Positions 24,925-38,349 of a DNA stretch of 64,000 nucleotides are shown one piece after another. The notes beneath the pieces were generated by a model. It was given only the letters and a program-made list of their open reading frames with translations. It did not search any database and was not told the DNA's origin. Made by a program: the position numbers and the translations under genes. The DNA lies in contig OZ210885.1 of the NCBI GenBank assembly GCA_964658305.1, positions 22,010,001 through 22,074,000 on the forward strand. The letters are read 5' to 3'. The stretch comes from Leptogorgia sarmentosa. Its lineage: Eukaryota. Every line of letters starts with the position of its first letter. Position 1 is the first letter of the stretch.

Positions 24925-26514
24925 CAACTTTGTGACACCATCAATCATGGGCGGCAACCACTTGGACATCACCAACACCAACCCACCACCTCAACTGCCA
25001 ACACCTAATTAAACCACTGCCACAAAACTCCCACTGAATCCACCATCTTGAAACCAATTTCAACACCAACCCACAATCCATACATCCCCCCCAAGACCCA
25101 CTCACCACCCTGACCCCACCCTGACCCCACCGAGACCACCCAACCCATCCCACCTCCCCTCCTCCTAAACAAGACAAATAAAACCAACACGGATGACAGA
25201 AGACACTGACATGTTCGAGGTACCACACAATCAGAGTCTCCACACACTGGCAACCTGAAAATCAAGATTCCAAACCAATTTAAAACACCTCACATGAACA
25301 ATGCACAGCTGAAGGACAATATGAAGAAACTAAATACAGGGAATATTGTAACACCACCATACATACACTATTATAAGCAATCATTGTATAGTCAGATATG
25401 CCACTGCAGTTTAGGGTTTCACGGTATACTGAAGCCATAGAAAGAGATCTCATCTACTCACAATGACCTTGCACCATGTCATCTCTTTCTATGTACATTC
25501 TACTAAATACTACATGGTCATGCCCACAGAGGTAGGGGTGATAACCTAACCTAACCATGCAGAACAATTGCAACAACTAGACACCATTGAGATTTGGCTG
25601 GCCTGTAATTTTTAAAGTGTAATTTTTAAATTCAAACATTGGTTTTACATTTTGCAGCCTTAATGTATCCTCAGATACAATCCACTTCCTATTGAGGCTC
25701 TAATTACCTCTACACCAATACGTTTTCACAAAAAGCCTACACATCAACTATATAACAATCTGACCTGTACATCATATATGCATAGAAGGAGTTTTTACAC
25801 TGTATGGACCACAGACTGTTCAATTACATCGAAACACAGCATCATGTTATAAGGTTATAATTAGTCATCTATTATATATATATTCAAGACACAAACACAT
25901 AACTATACTATATAGCCTCACACCTTGTACATAGAATCCTTCTTCAGCTGCACGAACTTATAAATTTCTGTATAAATATATATATGACATTTTTCCCGAC
26001 CTGTCTTATATTGTTCTGGATACATCCACCAACTTCACATTTCACAACCACTACAGTGTCACCATTATCATATAGACCCAAATAACGATTATTATCTTGA
26101 AGAACGGGGATACCACACAATTAATTCCCAAAATCATTAACATTTACAACATACTACATGAAGTAACAAACAACTATCCTAGCTACACAACATTCACCCC
26201 CTAAGACCCCAACTAACCACACAACAACAGCCATGCCCAAGGCGCCCCCTAACACGCGATTTATACACACGTGCGCACATGACATTCGACCCTTTTGCTA
26301 CAGCAAGCGTCACAGCAAGCATCTCCTAGCAAACACTTCTCAAGTTTATTCAACTAAAATGGCATTCCGCGTTGGCCTGCATCGCAACATGAAACAATTT
26401 GGTATGATTACTTTTAAAACATTCTATACTTATATAGCAAATTTTATTTTAGTTTGTGTACACTCCTGTTTAAGCTTCCTTATCCTCTATCTTTTAACAT
26501 GCGCCAACCCCAAC

Positions 26515-26559
26515 TCCCTGCTGATGAGTCCACGGAGGACGAAACGCCGCGTCCAGGGA
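26515..26559 (+). ncRNA. minimal type I hammerhead ribozyme
   Basis: tccctg-CTGATGA-gtcc(acgga)ggac-GAAA-cg(ccg)cg-TC-caggga: stems I, II and III all pair, with a GUC cleavage triplet. Confidence 0.9.
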
Positions 26560-27433
26560 CACTGAATCACACACATACTCTTCCTTCTCTACCTTTTATC
26601 GAAACTACATGTATCCTACAAGTTTTTTATTTCAACGTGATCATTTCCGAATTGGACTTGATCCCTTTTTACGCACCACACATCTTAACTCTATGTATAT
26701 GGTTACACCTTGGCATCCACGCATTTTATAAGTATACATATATACAAGCATTTTAGTCGTTTTTACATAATGTGTCCATCATATCTACCCTAAGAACGTG
26801 CAGTTTAGGTGACAGGCCAAACGGAAACATGTTTTACCGCATGCAATAATCCCCTTTGTCCGTAACCTACACAATACTGCTATCACATGAAATATACGGC
26901 AACAATGTGGTTCCTATTACCTATATCAAAAATATAAAATACAAAAAATAGAATCAAAAGCTTTTCTGAAGTGCTTATTGTGTTCAGAAGGGTTGCTTTT
27001 AGGAGTGGTCATTGGAGGGGAAAATTTGCATAAGTATCATATTTTACTAGAAAATACCCATACATCATCTCAGCAGAATTGCTGATTATGCATAAAATCA
27101 CAAATATGCCTGGCAGAGTTTTAATTCTTTCATTTTCAAAAAAATATTTTCATAGGATGAAAAACTATGCTTAATTCAACATAATTATTGTAGATTTCAT
27201 CAAGGTTGTTATTGTTTTGTTCACATATAATACATTTGACTTCACTTACCTCCCACCAAAATACGATTTTAGCCATATATTGCCATCTTGTTCGCTTTTT
27301 ACCGCCGAATCTTTTTAGTCCAATCGTTTTACTTTATCATAATAACAGACAATTAAAGAGTATTTTTACCAAGTTTCGCCAAGTTATGAAGCAGTGCAGT
27401 GTATTTTATCTTCGATATTGTCTCCCATGACAT

Positions 27434-28131
27434 ATCGTCGAATATGCCGCCATTGTAATGCGTGGCCGTTTCTTCGCCCGATAAATGCCAATTCTTCGCC
27501 TTTATCTGCTTTTACTTTGCACTATTTAAAAGTACTTTGTTGTCGAATAATTCCAATCAAAAATTGAAAATGTTAGTTGCACATGAACGAAAAAAAACAC
27601 CCTCAAACTTTCAGGTTCAACATTACAAATACAAAATTTTAAATTCACGCGCAACTTCGGGAAAAACCTCATGGGCTACCTGACAGGGGGGGTTGAATAT
27701 TTCCACGAAGCGCTTTCCGCTGTCTATAAAAAGAATCAAGGGGAAATGATGGCACAGAATTCGTGGATTCTGCTATTAAGAAATGTAGAAGTACTTCTTA
27801 ATTATTTTTTTATCGTTATTGAGAAAAAATACAATAAGATACCATGTTGGGCTGCTGTTGTGGCACTTTGTAAAAATATTACCCCCCCCCCCTGGCATGT
27901 AGCCCAGAGGAGTTTTCGCGAATGCTGCGCATAACTTTTAAATTTTGTGTTTGTAATGTTGATGCTGAAAGTTTTCGTTCATGTGCAACTAACGTTTTCA
28001 ATTTTTGATTGGAATTATTCAACAACAAAGTACTTTTAAATAGTGCAAAGTAAAAGCGGATAAAGGCGAAGAATTGGCATTTATCCGGCGAAGAAACGGC
28101 CACGCATTACAATGACGGCATATTCGACGAT
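27434..28131. mobile_element. foldback/MITE-like hairpin nested in the left MULE TIR
   Basis: Arms of ~250 bp (27434-27692 and 27882-28131), absent from the right TIR. Confidence 0.75.
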
Positions 28132-28256
28132 GCAATTTTCCCTTTCGTAAACGGTCGTTGCCTTCCGAAACGGTCGATGCCTTCCCTGCTCGCGTTTAAT
28201 CATGGGTATTATGCAGGTCGCAGGACAGAACATGCCCGTTTGCGGGTTGACTGAAA

Positions 28257-29827
28257 ATGGCGGAAAGTTCAAAGGGAAAGAAAGCTTCAATCAAAAGACC
28301 GAGTGGCTGGAATGCCTTTTATCAAGAAGTTGCGGTATGTTTAGAATTTTTGTTTTAGAACAGTGGATATTTGTAGCCCATTTTTCATTCTTTTAATTCA
28401 CAATAAAAGCTATATATAATTTACATAATTAACAGCTACATACTGTAATTTGCATTTATTTGTTTACATAAATATTTAAATTAGCGTGGAACATGACTCT
28501 TAACTCTGTAAAAGAGCTTTCATGATCTTGTCCAATACTGAAGAAAGATTTCTTTCCAATATTAAACATGAGAAAGGTTTGGAAGGATTCAGGTCATAGT
28601 TGATATTGTGGATTTGTGGGTAAATAAGGTGCATGGGCAATGTTAACTGCTACTCAACAATGGTACTTACTTGCCCGCCTCAATTTCATGCTATTATTTT
28701 CTGTGAAAAAGCTAGTAATATGTTAAGGCATATTTCTTGGTGCTAGCTACGTCTAAATGTACTATTTTGTAACATACATACTAATATTTGGTAGGAGCTT
28801 GGGATGTAATATCACAACACACTTATAATGAATACAGTACGTCAAGCGATAAACATTATAATGTACTTCTACTTTCTTACACCCCTGTTGAATTGTTTAG
28901 CCATTAATTGTAACCAAAATTGGAACCCATTCTAATATTGGGGAAGTGTCATCTGTTGCATCTAAAATGTGGACACAACTTGGTGAAAGAAGAAAAGTAT
29001 GTATTCATAGTATTTATCCTTTAATAGAACAATTATCAACTGAGAAAATTGTCAGAAAACCTGGCAAAAGTCTTATGTAGTTGTTCATGTTTGTGCACCT
29101 ATTTATTTAATTATGTTTCTAGACATAATTCTAGGGACTATGGTGGTAGGACCAAATAGGATATTTGAGACAATTTTACTCTTTGAGCATGTGACTTGTA
29201 TATTCTAGTAAAACAGAAGCCAATTCCATGAGTGACCATCTCTTTCCATCCCTTTGAAGTTTGAAATGAGAATTTGAAAATTGATCAAGCACATGGATCT
29301 TGCAATTCACTGTTAGTTAATTTTTCCTTATTGAAATAATTTCTCCATCACTACACCATTGCATCTCCCTTTTTCACTACTTTTCATCTAAAAATATATC
29401 TGAAATGGAATGTAGTTCTTTTTCACTTATACAAAACTTGTTGTTAAAGGACTGGAGGGATGAGGCGCAACGAAGAAGAGAGGATATTGACACAGGATTA
29501 GCAGATATAAAAAAGCAATGCGACAGCTGCCAAAAAATTTTCAGTCGTGAAAAAGACTACCGCTACCATAAAAAAGGGTGTGGAAATGTATGCTGTACTC
29601 AATGCGACAAGACTTTTCCCCACAAGATCGCTTTGAAAAATCATGTGGCCAAGGAACATATGCATGAATTTCAATGTTCTGTTTGTCTAAAATGTTTCAT
29701 GAACAAGCGAAATCTGGTGAGACACAATTCAGTCCACAGTGACAGAGAAAAGATCATGTGCAAATTTTGTGGAATAGGTTTCAGCACAAAATCAAATTTA
29801 ACCAACCATTTAAAACTGCATAGATAA
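28257..29827 (+). CDS. HMG-box + four C2H2 zinc-finger protein, 3 exons (28257-28334, 28901-28996, 29450-29827), 183 aa
   Basis: Both introns are GT-AG and phase 0. The spliced product reads IKRPSGWNAFYQEVAPLIVTKIGTHSNIGEVSSVASKMWTQLGERRKDWRDEAQRRRE, followed by the zinc fingers. Confidence 0.85.
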
Positions 29828-30274
29828 ATGGTACAGCCAGCTTATTTCTTGCTTTGAAAACGTTTTGTTATTAAAATTGCAATTGCTGCAAATAAGTTTG
29901 CGAACGACAAAGGGACGTACTGTAAACATGCACTGAAGAGAATGTTGACATTTAAGTAGAAATATACAGATTTTGCATTAAAATTTAGCCCATTTCCTCT
30001 CTCTCAAATGCACATAGTGTAGGAAATTGGAAAAGATAGCCTGACACAAACTGTTCTCTGGCTACGTATAGAAAAAGCAAAAATTTTACATTATTTATTT
30101 ACATTATTACAGCTTTTCACATTATTGGTCTATCATAAAAAGAAATTTTGATGTCTCTTTGGTCAGTTAATTCTTTGATTAGTGAATGTTAATTTGGTAA
30201 TACTCAGGTTAACTCAACTCAGTAAATACATATTAGGTACTCCATATTAAAGAACAATTTGTCTAACAACAAAG

Positions 30275-32972
30275 TTACTTTGAAAAGTGTGTGGTCTTTG
30301 AGTGCATCACATGTGACCCAGATTTTTTGGCTGCATTAGTGTTTTGTTTTACAGAAAGAGCCAAATTGTGGCTTCTTTTTGCCTTCTTGGCTGGCAGCTC
30401 AAGTGCTTTTAAAGTGGCAGTCCTACCTTTTGCAACAGCTTGTCTACTGCAATTGCCTGACTTGCGCTTCCTGTTCGGCTGTACCTTTATCTTTTTTCCA
30501 TTATTTCCTTTGCGTAGTTGATTTGCTCCAAAGGTAAATAGTGCAGAAGTAAGATTAGCTTGCATAGATCTGGTAAGGAGGTTTAATCTTTCACTGAACT
30601 TTATAATCCCGGTGGCAAGTGCTTGATCTTGACAGCTTTCAAGCTTTGCTATAAGGGTATTGCAAGACTGCTGCAGACAATCAACAGCTGTCCTTATTGT
30701 TCCTTGATGGCTAAATTCTGCATCATCTTCTGCTTCTATTTGAGGAATATTGTTTACCTGCAGTTGAAGAGAGTCCTCTACAATTTCAGGTGCATGTGTA
30801 TTGGACTCTCTTGGAGGTGAGGTTAATTCGCCATCATGAACATTGCAACGCAATGTTGTGTAGTGTTTTATAGGTAATGATGCACCAAGAGCAACCCAAG
30901 CTAACTTCTGCCTGAGTTCAGCACTAGTGACAGGTACAAAGTTGATTCCATTTGCTTTTCCACTTGCCCAGAGCAAATATTGATGCTTGCATGGTGAGCC
31001 ATCTTTCCCATTCTCACAGCTACACACTCCAAGTAGCATGTCAACTGTGTATCTGCAAGTAAATCAAAAAGTGAGATTGTTTGAGAGGTTTATGTGTCAA
31101 CAACCTAAATTTGCTTTCCCCCCTCAAAAATGTCATTTTTGAGTAATAATTATACTGTACCGCTTTTCCACATCAGATAAACTTTGTACTTCAAAAACAT
31201 CGTTTGGGAATGTTTTAATTGTCTCCATGAATATCCTCTTTTCTTCTTCTGTAGGAATTTTGTATCCTGTTGGGTCAACTTTCCTCCCCTTTCCAATAAA
31301 ACGGCTCCTAAAACTGCCATCAAAACTCCCATCAGCTATTGAAAGCATCTTATCCTTATAGTGGTTCTCCAAATCTACTGTAATTCTGCCGATAAGAGCC
31401 ACAACATTATACTCTTTCACACGTTTTAGAATTACATCCTTTAACACCAAAAACTGAGCTTCGACAAAATTGTTTGTTCTATTGCCTCTTGTCATGAGAT
31501 CCGATCGAAAACATAGAGCAAACTCCTGTTTTGCACCTTGCAAATCCTCAAAATATTCCAGGGCATTCTCATATGATTGAACAATTTCATCACCAAGTAA
31601 ATCACTATAACACTCCTCAAATGACTCTTCAGAATTTGCATATAATGTTGTTTTGAAGAGATTAAAAATATGAGGACGGTGCGACTGGCTAATTCCATGT
31701 TTGCGTTCCAGAAGCCATCTCCATGTCTGTTGTAATATATGAAAAATGCACAAAAGTAAGGTAGCCAATGGCCATGTAAATTGCAGAGCATTCCTTTCCT
31801 CCTTACAATTGTCAGTAAGGATTAACTTTGGCCCAGAATCACGACCACGACCGTAGAAGGCATCTTCTGGGAAGCAGTTCTTCAACATTTGAAAACCATG
31901 TTTTAGAGTGCTTTCCTTTTCATCACTTGTAATCAAAACACCACATGGAAGAGCACCAGCAACATTGTGTGTACAGAATAAAAACACCTTAAGGTTGTGT
32001 TCCTCAGTATTTGATGTAGCATCTACAAACAAAAGCTCTCCACTTTGAGGTATATTCTGATGAACACGTTTCATCAAGGGTGTAACAATGGCAATTAGAA
32101 GTGGTGTCTCATCCCCTCCATATAACTGATAGTGAGTAGATGCTTCAGGATGTTCTTTATTGTACTCACCAATCTTTTCTGCAAGCTTTTCATACATTTC
32201 AACATTTTTCCCTCCAAAGTTCTCCTTGTTATACTGATCATATAGATAATGAAAGTCTCTTCTGCGTTGGGTTATGGAGCGATCAGCCTTTTTTAGATGA
32301 TAGTCTATGTCATTAATACAAGATGCTTTCAGTTCCTTCAGAAATTGCTGACGTGCAGCTGCTGGTGTATGACCAGCTGCATAAAGCTGTTTCACTTTCA
32401 GCAGGCAATCATCTGATAAATCTTTAAAATTTGATGACTCAAGATTGGTAGTTGAGTGATTGTGTTCCAGGTCAATATTAATGTGACATATGTTACTGGA
32501 ATCTATCTTTACTGCTAACTGAAAAGGGCAATTAGTATTTTTGACTCTTGCAGTTGGATTTAACTTGAGTTTCTTTTGTGGATCCTTATTTGGACTCCGA
32601 TTTCTAGTATTATGCTGACATCGATAGTAATTTTGTACAAGATATCCTTTGGTTTGTTTTTTCTTGGCTTTAACCCTTAAGGTTACCTGATTAATTGTTT
32701 GGTATTCTGCAAGCCAACCTTCCAAGCCCTCTACAGACAGATCTTCTGTCGTGACATCAATTTTAAACGTAGAAAGGTCCTTAGGGTCGCCACAAATTAT
32801 ACTTTTGATTACATACCGAGTGTCCTCAGGAAGTTTTTCTAAGACTGCAGTTTGAAGGTCCTGTTTCCCTGCAGCTGAAATATTATCGGGATCATAACGC
32901 TTATTTAGTTTACTCACAGCTGACTCTAGTAATCCCTTCGATATTCAACGCTATGTTGTGATTGTTCGCCAT
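30275..32972 (-). CDS. MULE transposase with SWIM finger (intron 31053-31160). The likely ATG at 32972 is 1 bp out of frame.
   Basis: LFVDATSN, ILTDNCKEERNAL, LLCIFHILQ and NRTNNFVEAQF motifs. The spliced junction gives KRYTVDMLLGVCSCENGKDGSPCKHQ. Confidence 0.88.
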
Positions 32973-33800
32973 CTTTAAATTTATATTTCGAAAATCTGCA
33001 GAATGCGAGAATGCTGCATAAATATGCATAATACTATACATTCAATATTTAATCGTCATAATTAAATATATAAATTAAATCCAGAATTTAATGTATGACA
33101 ATACCCATGATTAAATGCGAGCAGGGAAGGCATCGACCGTCTCGGAAGGCAACGACCGTTTACGAAAGGGAAAATTGCTTCGACGATATGTCATGGGAGA
33201 CAATATCGAAGATAAAATACACTGCACTGCTTCAAAACTTGGCGAAACTTGGTAAAAATACTCTTTAGTTGTCTGTTATTATGATAAAGTAAAACAATTG
33301 GACTACACTTTCGAGATTCGGCGGTAAAAAGCGAACAAGATGGCAAAATATGGCTAAAATCGTATTTTGGTGTGGGGTAAGTGAAGTCAAATGTATTATA
33401 TGTGAACAAAACAATAACAACCTTAATGAAATCTACAATAATTATGTTGAATTAAGCATAGTTTTTCATCCTATGAAAATATTTTTTGGAAAATGAAAGA
33501 ATTAAAACTCTGCCAGGCATATTTGTGATTTTATGCATAATCAGCAATTCTGCTGAGGTGGTGTATGGGTATTTTCTAGTAAAATATGGTACTTATGCAA
33601 ATTTTCTCCTCCAATGACCACCCCTAAAAGCAACCCTTCTGAACACAATAAGCACTTCAGAAAAGCTTTTGATTCTATTTTTTGGATGTTAGAGGTGTGT
33701 CGACACTGCCGTTTCAGGGCGGGGTCATTTTGAGCACTTTCGTCCCGGATTCAGGTTTTGGCACATATGCCATGTTGACCGGCATGGTCAATTTACCCTA

Positions 33801-34254
33801 AAACAGTTGAGATTATCTGTCCTAAATGAAGTGCATACAAACTCATATACAGGTCCCAGACTATATTGATTTTGTTAACATCTACAAAGTTAGCTGGATC
33901 ACACTTTTTGGCACAAAGTATGCGAAATCTGGTGTTATTGCTGTTGATGTTGCTGGAGACCCTGCACTGCCTGTTTTTGGTGTAATCCTGTGTATATGGT
34001 CTACTCTCGACTTCATGTATTTTGATGTAAGATTGCTCCATACACAACGTTTTGATCATAAATATCAAGCCTATTGTGTCAGAGATGTTGAAAATTATGA
34101 GGATTGTACCACAATTTGTCCATATGATAGTTTAGTGGACTTTAATGTCTTTCATTGTAAGAAAGATAAACATGGCAACCAGTATGTTCCTGTTAAATAT
34201 GACCTTTGTGACATAATTGAAGAACATGCAGAAGGACGAAATCCTCTTCATTAG
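33801..34254 (+). pseudogene. C-terminal fragment of an EnSpm/CACTA-like transposase
   Basis: VSWITLFGTKY..VIAV..LPVFGVI..FDHKYQAY resembles the C-terminus of animal EnSpm-type transposases. Confidence 0.55.
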
Positions 34255-34919
34255 TGGGTGGTAAGAGTTCAGTAGTTTGAATGTGACTATATTCTAATCT
34301 AATGTAGAAATTAGTAGTAATCTATTTTAAGAATGTAAGGTGGTTATATCCCTTTAGACCATTTTTTTTCAATTTTAGAGATATGAGCTTAAAAGTAGCA
34401 TATTTTGAAAGGATTTGCTGTTAAAAAATAGTAAATGAAAAAAAAAATCAAAAAGTCACTAATTAGACTAATTATCCAATATGGCGGCCACTAATTGACC
34501 CATAATTAGGTCGAACAGTAAACACAATATCTCGAGAACCAACCATCATAATTTATTAAATAACACATTTTTGCAAAGCTTAAAACCTGGGCTATCATCT
34601 GACATTCTCCAAATTCTCAAAATATACTTTTAAAACAAGTTAGAACCAAAAATCAAACTTTTTTTGAATAAGTTGAATTTTAACCAGTTAATTAACTATT
34701 AATTGATCTATAAATTAGGAATGGCATCAAATACTGAAATTTAAAGAATGTCACATGATAGTCCATATTGTTAAGAGTAAATATGCCAAATTTCAATTCA
34801 ATCCCCAATATATTTACAAAATTACAGTGTCACAAAGATCGGCAACACTTTCTAAATCACTAAATAGAGAAAATCCACTTTAAAACTTCCATTCACATTC
34901 ACAGTACCTTACCACACAT

Positions 34920-36126
34920 TCAGAAGCCCCCAGCTTCGTACATTACTCCTTCTACCCCTTCTACATTGTCAATATACTTCTTTCTCATATGTCTTAAGGT
35001 TTTCCTTCTACTTTTCACTGTCTCTTTGGACTTCCTTGCCGATAAACGAATCCGAGACTGGTCGCATTTTTGAGCACCTTGGCAGGTGAACATCCCAGGC
35101 TTCATATCCAGATCTTCAAATATCTTCAAATATGTAATATCACCATCATTGAATTTGAGCACTGCCAAATAAGTAGACAGTGCTACAGTTTCCTGTTTCA
35201 CATAAGTGGTTTTGGGACATCGGTCCCAAATTAGCCCATTCAGGCACTCGTTCACGTTCTGCGTCAAGCCATGTGTGCATTTTCGCAGAAGCTCTTCCTT
35301 GCTTAAATCATCAAACACTGGCTCAATGACTTAAACAATGCACTTGGGGATGCCTTTTTTGTGTTCATACGATTCCCTATCTCTTTTGAAACCACACCAA
35401 CAGTCATCTCCATCTGGACAAAGATGATGTTGTGGATCCGACTCGGTTGAGGCAACATGGTAAAGCACAGCTTTGATAGCTCTGGCCATGTTGTTCACAT
35501 CATCCAAATTCTCTCTCACAGCTAGACCATAATAATTTTGTAGCACATCAATCTTCCCATCAGTCAATCTTCCCTTACCTTCTAATCCTTTCCCATCACT
35601 TAGCTTTATCCCTTTATTCGTATTCTTTAACTTTCGCAGTCGACTTCCAACTCTCTTTTGCACACGACCTATGCACTCAAGCTTATTTGGAATACACTCC
35701 TCACCATAGGGCTCACTTTCTACAATTTTATTGTATGCGGAGAAATCACCGTCACCGAGCATGTTTGTGTATTTCAGTCCCCGTGAAATGTACGATCTTT
35801 CAAAGATCCGCAAGGCACCAGCTGCTTCCATGCTGTTTGCGCTTCCAGTATGGTTTATCTTACAGTTGTGGTTAGCTTTCCACTCTGGGTATTTAGGATC
35901 ATTTACTCTCTTTTCCCATTTCTGGCATGCCTTGCACTTATCTGACATGATTTCTACATCCAGACATTTCTTTGTGTCTAATGATATAGCGGTGACAACA
36001 CCATTGTGCGAAGTATGGCCTCGTCTTTGCCAACTTCCATCGAGGGAGATCCCACACTCTCCCATATCATTATCACAAACTTCTTTGACATTTGTAGCAT
36101 TAGTCACCATACTGTCATTTGCCAAT
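34920..36126 (-). pseudogene. Kolobok transposase, catalytic C-terminal part (one in-frame TAA at 35331)
   Basis: SLDGSWQRRGHTSHNG, HTGSANSME, LGDGD, KLECIGRVQKR and GLTQNVNECLN motifs. Confidence 0.85.
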
Positions 36127-36283
36127 TGACCTTTTCGGCTCTAAAAACACGTGTAGCATCACGTGACCAAAAACGTAAACAAATCCGGAAAGTTCGGACA
36201 ATCAGTTCGCTAAAATCTGTATAAAGTCTGTTGATTTTGTTTGTATAGTTCTTTGTTATATACCAATTTGAGAATAGTTAATA

Positions 36284-38159
36284 ATGGCTGGTAAAGACGA
36301 GAAGGTAGATCTTAAAATGATGAGTGTTATAGATATTAAAAAATTTCTAACCGAACGTGGAGTTAGTGTAAATGGATATAACAAACCGGCGCTCATTGAG
36401 ATTGCATCGTCAGTACATAAAATGGGTTTACCAACAATCCGGAGTATGGTGGAGAGAGGTAATGGTCAATCCGGTGGTCTAACTGATGGCCAATTAATAA
36501 TTCATGATATGAAAATCACGAGCCCCTTCAAAATGAATACGATTAATAATTTTATCGACTCTCCACCATTCGGACTCTACGACATTTTCAACTACCTTAT
36601 ATTTCACTTGGCACAATATGACAAACAGGGCCTAGCCGCATACAAATCCTTTGACGATTACCGTTTGTTCGAAGACGGCTACGTTAAATCTTTACAAACG
36701 AAGACGATGGAAAATGAAGGCATTCATGTTTATGTAGGCAAAGTGAAGCCGGCGATGAAGGCGAAAACCGATGATGGAAAAGAATACTACGACTTTTATT
36801 TTATTTTAGAAGGGAGAGGAACAAACACGGGCAGTGTTCTAACCGCAAAATGTATGTGCAAAGGCGGCCGAGATGGCGGATGGAAGCATATAGCAGCTGC
36901 CATGTATTCCCTTGAAGACCTCTTACATTCTAGAGGGAAGGATAGTAGCACAAGTGGCCCTTGCACTTGGGTCAAAAGACCAACATGTAGCACCAGGCCA
37001 TGTGCAGTTACAGATTTAATTATAGAGAAAGGCAAACTACCATCAGATAAAAAGAGGAAAAGAAAACACACATTTTGTCAAAATATCGATGTTGATGTAA
37101 GAGCAGACCGTGATCAGTGTTTACCTTCTAAAAAGCGTCTACAGAAGTTCACAGAAAAAATGAACACCATTGGAGACAACCCACCTGTTATTTTGCCTTA
37201 CCTTAATACCCTATACAATACAAATGACAAAACGGTGTCTTGTGAGTTAAAGTCAAGTTACGAAATGGTTACTGATGAAACAAAGTTGGACAGTGAACCT
37301 GCTGGAATTATGAAGCAAAAACTGACTCATAACATTCATAACAAACCCACTGACAAAAATGATCTGGATGCACTGTGCAAAGAATTAATTTTCTTAGAAG
37401 AAGAAATAACAAACATTAATGACATCACCTTGAACCAATGGCAGTGCAAAGAGTGGTATGGAAATAAGGCAGGTTTCATCACTGCATCTAAATGCAAGAA
37501 AATATTTACTCGCCAAAAAACTTTGGAAAAGCATGCTAATGACAAACATGATGTAAGTCGTATTGTGAAAGAGATAGTCCATCCAACCATGCCAATGCCA
37601 TCAAAACAAGTAAACTCTGAACCACAGACACCAAGAGATTGGGGGTTGTTCCATGAAGATAGTGCCTGTGATGCATATTTTAGGGTTGAAAGACACAAGC
37701 ACAGCAAAATACAACTCCAACGTCTGGGGTTCCTAATTTCAAATAAAAAACCATTCCTTGGAGCAAGCTTGGATAACATCCGCCAATGCCTGTGTTCAGA
37801 TGATTGTTTGCCTGTTGTCGTAGAATACAAATGCCTATGGAAACACAAGGAGTTACATCCCAAGCAAGCATTCTTATCTAAAGAAGTTGGTGGAGTTGAG
37901 GTTGAAAAAGAACTTATCCTCTCACCAACTAGCCAGTATTATTTTCAGGTTCAATTGCAAATGTTTGTTGCAAACTTGCTCCTATGTGACTTGGTAGTCT
38001 GGACCAAGAAAGGTATATTCACATGCCAGATAAAATTCAATGCGAAGTTTGTTACAAGAGTGGTAGAAAAGTTGGAAGCTTTCTGGAAAAAACATGTTCT
38101 TTCATACATGGTATCACAGGTTGTGGAGAACAACAAAGAGTCATCAGAGAAAAAATCAG
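36284..38159 (+). CDS. SWIM-like finger + YqaJ/lambda-exonuclease-like protein, first exon
   Basis: CMCKGG..KHIAA, QWQCKEW..FITAS, WGLFHED, FLGASLD, VEYKC and YYFQVQLQM motifs. Splice donor at 38160. Confidence 0.85.
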
Positions 38160-38349
38160 GTATTGAAAATTATTTGTACAGTTTCTAAGATGCCATGTGA
38201 ATAGATTATTGCTATGACTATACTATTATTATTACTATTATTTTACTATGGTTATTGCTAGACTCCTTTTAAAAGTCATGTAAGCCACAGTGAAATACTG
38301 CAACAACAGCTACAATGTATGTATTTTCATATGTTTATAGAAACGTTAG

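Larger units (their letters stand above)
23393..26900 (+). mobile_element. Penelope-like retroelement, 5'-truncated, with a long AC-rich 3' region and a hammerhead ribozyme
   Basis: RT ORF followed by a hammerhead at 26515. The 3' boundary is approximate. Confidence 0.85.
26942..33800. mobile_element. Mutator-like element (MULE) with long (>=580 bp) TIRs and two convergent genes
   Basis: 26942-28209 (without the nested hairpin) is the reverse complement of 33101-33683. The outer left end is truncated and the right end is approximate. Confidence 0.85.

Noticed and set aside
24925..26500. SECIS element or second ORF in the PLE 3' region
   Set aside because: No convincing AUGA/AA/GA stem was found by eye, and the ORFs are short and composition-biased.
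36284..38188. Phage or bacterial origin of the YqaJ gene
   Set aside because: It lies within ISL2EU TIRs, has a splice donor and is a known ISL2EU component.
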